A DNA stretch of 64,000 nt from Chlorokybus atmophyticus (Eukaryota > Plantae > Mesostigma and Chlorokybus algae): positions 62,001 to 126,000 of the forward strand of contig RHPI01000585.1 in the NCBI GenBank assembly GCA_009103225.1, given 5' to 3'. Made by a program: the position numbers and the translations under genes. The stretch's first letter is position 1; every line of letters begins with the position of its first letter. A model generated the notes under the pieces. It searched no databases. It had not been told where the DNA came from and saw nothing but the letters and a program-made list of their open reading frames with translations. This document shows, one piece after another, positions 49,515 to 64,000 of the stretch.

Positions 49515-49680
49515 CTATATATGTATAAATGGATATGTGTATACATATAAATATATGTGTGTATATATATGTGTGTATATACACATATATTTATATGTGT
49601 ATATATACACATATATACATATATGTATACATGCATATGTATATATATGTTGATAAATATACGTGTGTGTGTGTGCATGT
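49515..49680. repeat. (TA)/(TG) compound microsatellite
   Basis: TATATATGTGTGTATATACACATATA... tract. Confidence 0.9.
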
Positions 49681-50545
49681 AGGAATAGGCTTAAGGTATA
49701 CAAGCAAAACTTGTTGACGTATTGCGGCCGCAATTTGCAGCCGTGCAATTACTTCATATCTACTATTTCATGTACATACACTGTGGTAAGTATATTGATG
49801 CGCGTACACATGTGCAGTAGACCTTTTATATGCAAAATCATATACATCTCAAATAATGTATAAGAATATGATTGTACAAAGTGTTATGATTACTGTACAA
49901 TTACATAGTCTAAAAAAATAATCATATCAAATTTACATCCATGCGTTGCGCGTGTTAATTACATTATATATAGTTTGTTAGTTATTACTTTATCATAATG
50001 TTCACAACCGTTAACATCATACCATGAATACATATGTTGATGCTGTTCGCATGTTGCATTGCTAGGCGTAGTTTATGGTATGTTTGGTTTTGATGATTTG
50101 TACGAAACGAAAGCGCGAGCAATGTCAGATGTTATGACTTGTAGCCTTACTTGTATAACCTCATAAATGGCCTATAAAAGCCTCATTCGACCACAGCATC
50201 ATCGACAGCCCGATAAGGTACACTAGCTGCATTGACAGTCGCAATTTGGCTACTATTACTAAGCATTGTCACAATGACAGCCCCTAACAAGTCTACAAAT
50301 TGTACTGGCGTATTGACAACCGCCGAGTTCGCGGCTACCGGTATGTAGTTTACCACCGTCCATGTAACTGGTACAGCCTATAAATGCTACAATTGCATAG
50401 GCTCAGCCTATGGGCCTATCAAAGTGACACACAATCTCCGACTGTCCATCGGCAATTACTGCCGCCGGCCGACAGTCGCCAAGCGGCTGTCGGCGCATGC
50501 AATAAACTACATTATATAGGTTGCCATACAAGTCTACCGGTACGT

Positions 50546-50617
50546 GCACTTGTAGCTTAGTGGTTAGGGCGTCGTCTTTAAATGCTAAAGGTACTGGGAT
50601 CGAATCCGGCCGATGCG
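50546..50617 (+). pseudogene. Degenerate tRNA-like sequence (tRNA pseudogene or SINE head)
   Basis: GCACTTG-TAGCTTAGTGGTTAGGGCG (A box / D arm) ... AGGTAC-TGGGATCGAATCCGG (B-box-like) - CCGATGC. The anticodon and acceptor stems are broken. Confidence 0.6.
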
Positions 50618-50768
50618 TGTGTTCTTGACTAATCATTCCACTGACTCCGCGCCGCTGGCCGCGGCCTCCTGCGCCGCAGGTTGGGCGTGGCCGGTGCCGC
50701 CGGCAAAGATGTCTCAACTTTAACTGCAGTTGCACTAATGTCTACATTGTTGCATATTAAACTTCGGT

Positions 50769-51030
50769 CGATGGTCCGCTGGCCGGACCAGTTATTGAAG
50801 TATTGTGATGATTTTGTCCCTGGTCCGATGGCTGGACCATACCTGGTCCTGACGCAACAGTAATCGGCCGGACCTTTAGTGGTGCGTACCAAGGGACAAT
50901 GGTACCATTCACGTGAAATTCGGACCATGAATGGTCCGACTGTCGATGAAAAACAGACCATGCAAGGTCCACCGATTTCATTTAGCAGGGGGAAATCCCG
51001 GTCCTGCGTCACGGACCATTCATGGTCCTT
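50769..51030. repeat. Cluster of GGACCA/TGGTCC motifs in both orientations, resembling subterminal repeats of a DNA transposon
   Basis: About ten GGACC/GGTCC motifs, several paired as short hairpins. Confidence 0.5.
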
Positions 51031-53688
51031 GAACGTCAATCCGTGTGAACGTATCTATATAACAGCACAATTAAATGATTGCCAACTACTGGTTGCTGAG
51101 CACTCATATATTTTATGATTGAGCAATGTTTATCACCAAACCGCAAAACAAGGCTCACATAACAATGGATTTTAACCACGTACGTGTCAACATTTACCAA
51201 TGCTATGTAGAGCCATGCGTCACAGAGTCGTTTGCCAACAAATAAGGTCTATCACCCATGTTTACACAACCACAAGCTTACAAACATGGTAAGGTTGAGG
51301 TAAGGCTCGATGTCAACTGTATAGGCATAATATGTATAAAGTTCAACACAATGTATGAATGACATTGCCTTCTCCTTTCTTGTTCACCTCAAATCGTAAA
51401 GAACATTAACATTAACACATGATTGTTGGTCACGCATGTTGATGTTCAAGACTATGTGAGTAATTATGCGTAATAATCTGATATGGTCAACATTCAAGTT
51501 GAATGTTGATAACAATTAGTTTTATTGTTTAATTTTCCCAATGTACGTTGTATGCGCAATCGAACATGCACTTATTCTTTAGTAAACCGAAACACATGCA
51601 TAGCACGATGTTTTTCATGTATACTTTAAGCGCGGTCGGTGCAGAGGCTACACACGATGAGTGCAATCGTTGCGCTCTTTCAATATATAACCATAAATAA
51701 ATAAAACTTATAGATTAACCTAGTGTTAGGGTTAGGGTTAACAGCTTGGGGGTATTGTTCGACTAGCATTGCATTATACGATTACTATCAACACTTACAT
51801 ACTATAGATATACATAATACTTACCCCCCTCCCCAGCCCCTCCCCCATTGGTTGAATACATTGGGGAAGTTAAGGGTAAGCATGCTGTGCGTGCCGCTGC
51901 GTGGCGTGGACGTCCCTAATGCGGTGCTAGCAGGTGATTCCCGGTCCGTGCTGCTGTTCTTCTTTTCCCCCAACCCCCTCCCTTCCTCGCTTGCGTCTAG
52001 CTAGCGCACATAGTTTGTATAGAAGGCTCCCCAACCCGTGGGTTGCTGCTGATGTGCGATGCCGTTGCAGTTGTCCATATAGTGCCATTTGCCCTTCCCC
52101 ATATCATGGCCCCTGTGTTGCGCCTTATGCTATATATGCAAAGCAAATGTGTTTTTGAGAATAACAACTGTACTACTAGCTACTTTACCTGCATAAACAT
52201 GTTGGAAGGCTCATCAAAGGATTTGCCAATTTTGGAATGCGTGATCCCTCATATTCACCTGTTTCGTAGTGCTTTCTATCACCTTTTGCAGAATGAAACA
52301 TAAAGGGTAATACATTGTTACATTGCGTGTGTGATTTGTGATGTGTTTTTGCGTTGTGTAATTGAAATTGCTTGTTAAACATGCATGTCCACAAGCCCCT
52401 CCGGTGTTCTCAAACGATACATAATAGCATATACTATTGTACATGAAAGAAGGTGTGCGTATGCCCATGCATGTTACAATGTCCCAATCCATCTGTTGTG
52501 TACCATGCAAGTAGTGAGCGCACAGCATGCCTATAGCAGCAAGTAATAGTAAACGCGGGGCTTTAGCAATTTAGTTACTCAGCTACTGCCTACACTATGG
52601 CTACCACCCCGTTAGTCATGCAAGCAAGCATAGTAGTGATTACCTGTACAGCACGCAGCTGTGCTATTGCTTGCTTGTTACTCATAGGCAGACCGTTTGC
52701 ATATCTTTGATATCATGCATTATACCCATCATGCAAATATGCTAGTGCTGCAAATTGCATGTCCGACACATGCATGTGAGTTACGAGTGCCTTGCAGACA
52801 CCTTGTGTGCTTTGCTGCCGACGGGTATTTATGCAAACACTCGCCGGGCGTTGCCTGTTGTTACACACATTTGTACTGCAAGTTGCCTCCTACGTCAAGA
52901 AGCACGATTACTACTTCACTGCTACTTAGTGAAGTAACAATAACATTGCTAGACTATGCTTCCATTCGCAGATTAAACCCAGCACAAATGTCATTGTTGC
53001 TAGTATTGTGTACAAAGTAAGCAATGCGGTGCATACGCAATAACATTGCAATGACACTAATGTAACGCGCAGTACAACAAAAACAATGGCAACAGCAACA
53101 CACACAGTACCACCCTCGCGCTGTGTAACTGGCAGAGCACAAGTACCAGTTAGCGTTAAGCATAGCAGCAAGCCGCAAGTAACAGCAACATTGACAAGAC
53201 AAATACGATAGATGTGTTGGCCCCCCCACATCCAATAGCAGCAGCAGCATTAAGTTGTAGGCAGAGGGGCTCAACTACACATAGAGCGCCACAGTGAGCA
53301 AGTTGCCAACGGGGCAACTTGACACTGCAGCCGGCTTCCCACTTGTATCGTGCAATAAGGGTTTTCTGCGCACCATTCATAAACAGCATGCAATTTCAAG
53401 TGCATTGACAAATGCAATTGTTTACAATGAATGTCAATCCACAATGAGAGGTGTTTATGCAAACACCATGCTAGATCTGCCTGCACGCCAAGTTAGCCAG
53501 CAAGCCATCAAGCCAACAAACCAGCAAGGCTGCATAAACATGAGGGCACTTGCGTGCTACCCTCATGTCGACACGCGCATGATTGCATGGTACATGTACT
53601 GAGCGGTCTTGCCATAAAACAGCTGGATTGAAATAAACATTCTTCTGCGCAACAGGTGTAACAGCTGGCGCTTACTATGACCTTTTTT

Positions 53689-54209
53689 GTAACGGGAAGG
53701 TACATGACATCACCACAAATCGACCAGAAAAGTACCAAGTCTTTTGTGGTCGAGTGGGCTGTGACATTGGTCATCGGAGCTTGAGACCCGGGTTCGATTC
53801 CTGCCTTGCACACGAATTCCGCGGTTGTTGTTTCTCGATCCAATAACTTCGTAAATGATCACTTTATGAGTGCCATCATCGATGGGTCGCGACTTGCCTA
53901 ATGGCAGTCGCGCCGAACTGACCAGTTCAGTCGGCGCGGCAGGGCGCGACCTGCCTATCGCGGCGACGCGACCTGTGGGGCCGGCAGCGTTTCGCTATGC
54001 ACGCGCTGACCGGTATGGGCCTAAATTAGCCGGTCCTTGGCTGTGGGGCCGGTGACCGACCCTAACAAACCCCTTGGGTAATTCCCCAGCTGACCGGGCA
54101 GCTGCCGAGGACGTCAGCGTTCGGGGAATGTAACGGGAAGGTACATTAAATTACCACAAATCGACCATAAAAGCACCAAGTCTTTTGTGGTCGAGTGGGC
54201 TGTGACATT
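53689..54209 (+). repeat. 80-bp direct repeats (53689-53768, 54130-54209); the first runs into a tRNA-derived segment with A and B boxes
   Basis: GTAACGGGAAGGTACAT...GTCTTTTGTGGTCGAGTGGGCTGTGACATT occurs twice. A box TGGTCGAGTGG (53747-53757), B box GGTTCGATTCC (53791-53801). Confidence 0.75.
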
Positions 54210-55520
54210 TTTGATACATCTGCTTGAGTAACGAAATGATGGCATGCAAGAAGTCGTGTCTGAAACTGCACACACGCTTAAATCGCAAACATTGTGACGA
54301 AACCACGCCATGTATGCACTGTTTAAATAGATCTGACAATGGGTGAGGGGCTGCACGGGTGGGGCAATGGCAGAGAACTCTGGCAACGACAGCTTGGAAT
54401 ACAACCTGGTACAGTCCCACTGTTGGGTGCTGAAACACGAGCATCTCTAGAATCGGCACTTAAGTTCCCTGCTGAGTTTGCAGCAGCTATAACATGTTAT
54501 GCCGGTAGTTCCCCCCCGCTAGCACACCTTCCCCTATGTACATGACTTGTTGAAAGTTGGGTATGTTGACAACTAGCAAGTCATACACATAGCGGAGAAT
54601 GTTGTTAGCGTACAGCTTAACAAGATCTACTTGGCCTGTGGCTATCAAACGAACCATGAAATCATACTCAAAAGTGTACAGCAAGTTGTTAGCTAAGTAC
54701 ACACCCGCACTGTTATCCATGGGAATGCCAATGACTTGGTTCAATAAGGCATCCAGTGCACCTCGCACAAACAAGTTTTCAACCACAAAATTCAGTATTT
54801 CTGTAAGGGTGGCTGCGGTAAACACTCTAGCTTGAGGCTTGTGTTCCGGGGTGTGTTATACCATTGCACCGTTGTCTAGTTTTGGTCCACAGTGATTTCC
54901 ATGTATGACATTCTGGTGGTACGCTGCTGGCATGTAAACATCATCAATACAAACCGTGCCTTTCTGGACTTCAATTGTTGCAAGTTAAAAGCTGTATAAA
55001 GAGTTGTGAAGTCCAATGTGTGTACGTGTGTTTACGCTGCTTGCTTAACAGACTGTGTGGTTGTTGTGTCGCATATCTCTGTCAAACGCTTGAGGGCAAC
55101 GTTGTCTTTCATAATCCACGAGTGTGTTGTTCCTGTGTGAATGCCGGCGTCTGCGAACAAACTCTCCCAATAGACATCCGCAATGGGTGCCAGAGCCTTG
55201 TATGCTCTGGTCAGCGATTGCGATGCTGTCGTCAGAGTTGTATGGTACGCAACTGCAATGAAACGTGGCTTGGGTGGGTGTTTGTGTAAGTTCCAAATGA
55301 GGTATGAATGAGGCAACTTGGTAAAGTGTCGAAATTTCCAGTGCATATTGAAATCCTTATCTCTGTAGCACTTCCTCGATCTTGTGTGGTGGCGTGTAAC
55401 ATGTAGGATTATCAGCACTGTTAACCAATAGCATGTATGTCGCGCTTGGCAACTGTTCCAACTCAGCATACAACTTGTGGATGTAGTGTTGCTTGCAAAC
55501 AATCAAAAACACCTGCAGCT
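54151..55520 (-). pseudogene. Penelope-like retroelement reverse transcriptase remnant
   Basis: LIVCKQHY..KLYAEL, LPHSYLIWNLHKHPPKPRFIA, NFVVENLFV...QVIGIPMD...LANNLLYTFE, RYVYDLL, HGVVSSQCLRFKRVCS. These match PLE motifs (W.PKLHK.P.K.RFIA, Q.IGIPMG, RYIDDL, YGV..SQL.R..R.CS). Multiple stops and frameshifts. Confidence 0.82.
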
Positions 55521-55822
55521 ATTGTGCTATCCCAAAAGACGACAAACACAATCAACAACCTAAGTGTCCATACCTGCAACAAAGTGCTTACTACCTTAGC
55601 GCTTCAGTCTGCTGTCGCCAAGCACATGTGACCGCCGCAACTGTGAACTTGACAAGCACTGAAGCAGTTTCCATACTCCTCAGTACCCACCCCCGGTGGT
55701 GGTGCACACTTGGTCTGACAGCTCAAAACTTTTTGCGGTATGTCACAAATAAGACTCAACACAACCTACAACTGCTACAACCTACAGCCTATGACGCAAA
55801 ACAATCTCAAGAAAGGTCACAT

Positions 55823-60083
<4,261 letters not shown>

Positions 60084-60809
60084 CGCCGCCGACGTCCTTG
60101 ACACCACCAACAACCTCCTCCTCCCCACCTCCGCCACTGAAGTCCAGCTCTGATCTGATCTCTTAGAAACCCTAATCTGAAAGTCCACTTCACCTCCAAC
60201 AGACTTTCTGCACTTAATACATGTGTGGCTCAACTCGCTGGTCTCTCCATCCTCAATGCTTGCGGGACTTTTTTCGTTTGAATCTCAGAGATTCCTGGTT
60301 GAGATATTCTCTGCTTCGCACAGGGGCGGAAGCGCAGTGCACATCGCGGAATAAAACCAATGGCCTGCATTTATCTTGGTAAACCGGAGCTTGTGAATTG
60401 AGGCCGCGCGGTGACGTTGCGAGCCACGAACTTGCTGCCGAGTTGTCCGACAGCTTGGGCCAACTCGGCCCCGGTTGCTGGCGGCCTACACAGCTGCTTG
60501 TGGGATGCATTGAACTAGATCTGTACAGCTGCTTGTGGGATGCATTTGGCGGTCAAACTTCTGCCTGAGGCAGTCAAATGCTGGGCATTACTCGTCGGCT
60601 TCAACTATTGGCCGGCGAGTTTTTCGTTTAACAAATTAATAAGTAAGTGATTAATACGTATAGTTTAAGTTAGGGTTTGCCTCTGTTGCTTGACACACAC
60701 GTGTCAAGCAACAGAGCAGTTGAGGCCGTCACCTCAGCGGCGGCGTTGTTGGCGACGCTGCTGGCGACGGCGAAAATTCGGCGAAAGTTTGGGGAGAGGA
60801 GAGAGAGAG

Positions 60810-62683
60810 ATGCCGCCGAAGGGGCGGGCTGTGGCTGCTGGCGGGCAGCGCGGCCGAAAGAAGCCGGCTGCTGGAGCTGCGCAGCCAGGCAAGCAGGCCG
60901 CATCACCGGCCGGTGATGAGGGGCAGGCCAGCGCGGCCAAGCAGCGGCGAGCAGCGCGGAAGGCCACGCAGCCTGCTGCGCCGGTAGCTAGGCGTACGGC
61001 TCAGCCTGTGCCGCCAAAGTCACATGCGGCCGACGCAGAGCCAGAGCCAGAGCCAGAGCCAGAGGTGACGCTGGAAAACGCTGCAGAGCCAGAGCAAGCT
61101 GCCAAGCTAAAGCTGCCCACGGTTCCGCGACGTCAGCGTAGTAGAGTGGAATTGTCATCCACCTCGGAGGAGGAGGAGGACAACAAAAAGAAGAGGTTCA
61201 AGAGGAAGAAGAAGGTGCACAAGAAGAGACGCACGTCGTCCTCGTCATCCACCTCCTCGTCATCATCTAGCTCTGATACGGACAGCTCCGACTCTGGAGA
61301 TAGGCATACGAAATACATCAAGCACATCAGCTTCATCAAGCGCCTGTCCAAGCAATCAGAGACATATGCCTTGTGGGAGGAGTACCGCACGCGCAAGGTC
61401 TCGACTGGTGTGCAGGCTTGCTTCGAGGCGATTGGCCGTGCCCTCTTCACAGGTCCGCCAGTTGCGCAGTTGGTGTCATATCTGTATCAGATGCTGCTCA
61501 CGCACGTGCACGGTAGCGTGGACTTTGCAGCAGCTTTTGCGACCGGGGCTCGAGGTATCATCAACGACGCCCGCATCAACCGCAAACACAAGGAAGCCAA
61601 GGTGATTCGGCGCCTCACCAAGCTCGCCAACAGCTTCCAGGGCAAAGCAGCCATGCAAAAGGCAAAGACTTCTGTCCCTCAGTAAGTCTGTTGCTTGTGA
61701 GAGTTGTAACACCAAACATGCAATGCGCTGACATGCACACATGCACTTTGCTTAACAGTCGCACAATGTGTGCGTGCAGTATGCTCAGCAACTGCTGTTT
61801 GTGTCATGGTGCAATGCGCACCTGCTTATGAACATGCACAATGTGTGCATGCAGCATGCTCAGCAGCTGCTATCTGTTGTAATGGTGCAATGCGCGCCTG
61901 TTCAACAATGGCACAATGTGTGCATAATACATGCAGCGTGCACCACAGTTGCTGTCAGATAGCATGGTGCTTCACGCACCCGTTGTATTTGATAATGCGC
62001 ACAATGTGTGCATACAACATCAGTTGCAACACCATGTCAATGGTGCCATGTGCGCCTGTGTCCACTCCCATATATATGTCAAGCAGTGCACAGCACTTGT
62101 TCATGTGTTGGTGCACAGCACATGTGCTGTTACTATTGCATTGAACAACCAGCTGCAATGGGCACGGTGCATACCTGTGAGTTCTACTTAAGGTTTGCTT
62201 CACGTTAGACCATTGATGCAATTGTGCGCCTACAGGCGCTCCGTTACAGAAGAGGGGAGCACCCAGTTCCAGCGTGGACGCGGTCGTGGTGGCTACGGCC
62301 GCGGTGGTCGTGGTGGTTACGGTCGCGGAGGCGGCTACAACAATCAACAGGCTGCGCCCGCTCACCAGGAAGCGCTGGCATACTATGTCCCCGTGCAAGA
62401 GCAGCCACGCCTAGCATTGCAGCAGTAAGTCATGCTGCCAGTACAGCTGCCGAGTAGCTACAGTGCAATAGCAGAAGATGTCGACAGGTGCTGGTGTGTA
62501 TCATAGCTGGCGCAAGCGCGCATGTATGCATGTATGCGCGCAACTGCGCATGTATGCATGTTTGGATGATGTATTATAGTGTACTTGAAGTGCAGCTGTT
62601 CATGGCTGACAATGGCATGTGTGTATGATACACACAGCTGTATGTTACTTGACAGGGTTATTTCGCATACGAAAGGCCAATAG
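60810..62683 (+). CDS. Gag-like ORF of a DIRS-type retroelement, predicted to have two spliceosomal introns
   Basis: MPPKGRA... with Ala/Lys/Ser-rich tracts. Intron 61682-62235 (CA|GTAAGT...CTACAG|G) joins in frame to an RGG-rich exon 62236-62424. A second CA|GTAAGT donor at 62425 pairs with the acceptor TTGACAG at 62655. Confidence 0.62.
61720..62180. repeat. Degenerate ~75-80-bp tandem repeats inside the predicted gag intron
   Basis: Repeated ATGGTGCAATGCGC...GCACAATGTGTGCAT...CAGCA(A/G)CTGCT. Confidence 0.65.
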
Positions 62684-64000
62684 TCACTTCTGGTATAGCT
62701 TAATTGATTGGCATGTGCGCAGACATAGCACATCTGAAGAACTCGTCGCTATTAGTGCCATTCTTGAGGATGATTGCATGCAAGCAGAGTGGGATCCTGC
62801 AATGCCAGCTTTGGCAGTGGACCCTTTGTCCCCACCAGAGGAGCACACTGATGTTATTACACAAGTGCCACACACTGTTGCGAGCTTACCTATTGCACAG
62901 CAACAAGAGGACATTCGTTCAGTATATGCGGAGTTGTCACAAGTGTCAACAGGCTTTGAAGAGCATCCCAGCTCAGCAACCCAATGGGCAGAGCAGCTAC
63001 ACACCGAAACTCTTAATGCGGAAAATTTTGTAGCAGCCTCATTGCAGCAGAAGCTCGCAGCATGGACCACATGGTTTCACTTGACGATGCAAAGCAAGAA
63101 GACATTTGTGCTTGACTGGTTGCGTTACGGGTATCGCTTACAATGGGTCGGCACTCAAGCATCGGATAGACGCAAGTGGGAAGAAGTACATGCATTGTTA
63201 CAGGCCGAAGGCTTTGCTGTTGAGGATATTACAATTATGCTGTCACGCAATTCCCCAACACCAGTTGTGTTTCGAAATCGCAAGTCCGCTTCTATACATC
63301 GCGAATACGTTGTCAGTGAGTTGGCAAATTTGGTGACAACAGGAGCAATCTCTGTAGTTAATGCGCACAGCGCGGCAGTGGTCACTGGCATAGGAGTGGT
63401 TGAGCAGGAAAAACGTTTGCGACTCATTATGGACCTGAGGTATATCAACCTCTTTTTGCGCCACATTCCCTTCAACTATGAGAGGTTGCGCGATATATTG
63501 CTGTACACAAAGCGCCACTTTTGGCAAGTAACAGCGGACTTGAAGTCGGGTTATCATCATGTGCCCATTCATGAGGACAGCAAGCCTTACTTGGCTTTGC
63601 GATTTGCTGGAGTCACATACAGGTGGAATGTGCTGCCATTTGGCCTGAGTCAAGCATGCTGGCTGTTTACGAACTTGATGTCCACTGTCTTCACGCCTTT
63701 ACGGGCTATGAGCTTTCCATGCCTTTCCTATATTGATGACATGCACTTCAGCCATTCCAATCGTTGGCATTTGTGCTGGCGCATTCGCCGCGTACTGCGT
63801 CTGTTTAAGGTGCTTGGAATATATATTTCTGTGAAGAAAAGCCAGTTGTGGCCGGAGCAGGTGGTACAGATGTTGGGTCTGCTGGTGGACACTGTAGCAG
63901 GCTCTTTTGCTATTCCTGCAAGCAAGCTGACCAAGCTATTGCAGCTGATGAAAGAGTTAGCAGAAGCTCCTATATTGACCAAGCGTCATCTGGCACGCAT
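62610..64000 (+). CDS. Reverse transcriptase of a DIRS/tyrosine-recombinase retrotransposon, open to the window end
   Basis: Stop-free frame from 62610 (absent from the ORF track because it runs off the end): VLDWLRYGYRL, GIGVVEQEKRLRLIMDLRYIN, TADLKSGYHHVPI, YRWNVLPFGLSQACWLFT, YIDDM, KSQLWPEQVVQMLGLLVDT...FAIPASKLTKL. Confidence 0.92.

Noticed and set aside
51723-51740. TTAGGGTTAGGG telomere-like motif, and scattered TAGGGTT/AAACCCTA motifs elsewhere
   Set aside because: Only one or two units, too short to claim an interstitial telomere or de novo telomere addition.
52740-52830. ACPTHACELRVPCRHLV as a possible SWIM zinc finger of a Mutator remnant
   Set aside because: The spacing is imperfect and no other MuDR motifs are recognisable nearby.
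60490-60546. 22-bp direct repeat ACAGCTGCTTGTGGGATGCATT twice, between PGM and the DIRS element
   Set aside because: Probably a local duplication or excision footprint. No further structure supports a function.

Overview
Eukaryotic nuclear DNA from a green-lineage organism. Short GT-AG introns rich in (GT)n/(CA)n, a plastid-targeted PGM and plant-like KUP/WSD/kelch genes suggest a streptophyte or green alga (inference). Host genes: KUP/HAK potassium transporter (24.5-28.4 kb, +), WS/DGAT wax-ester synthase (29.2-32.1 kb, -), an orphan secreted protein with a duplicated domain (34.3-35.8 kb, +), a nitrile-specifier-like kelch protein (36.6-39.2 kb, -), a disrupted bacterial-type beta-helix gene (40-43 kb, -) and plastidial phosphoglucomutase (55.8-60.1 kb, -). 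The rest is transposon-rich. An intact chromodomain Ty3/Gypsy sits inside the LTR of a decayed Ty1/Copia, which itself interrupts a Plavaka/EnSpm-like transposase remnant. There are also two dead pogo-type DDE transposases, a Penelope-like RT remnant, tRNA-derived and hairpin elements, and a DIRS-type retroelement whose gag appears to carry spliceosomal introns. The most unusual block is 8.1-18.2 kb, a decayed multi-gene cassette that looks like a giant DNA transposon. It encodes an intron-containing fusion of a Cys-rich region, a Tudor-like domain and a phage/actinobacterial-type C5 cytosine methyltransferase, plus an OTU-like protease gene and an unknown gene. It ends in 53-bp tandem repeats and a terminal hairpin. 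Family calls come from motif recognition by eye, not database searches. Exon boundaries are manual predictions.
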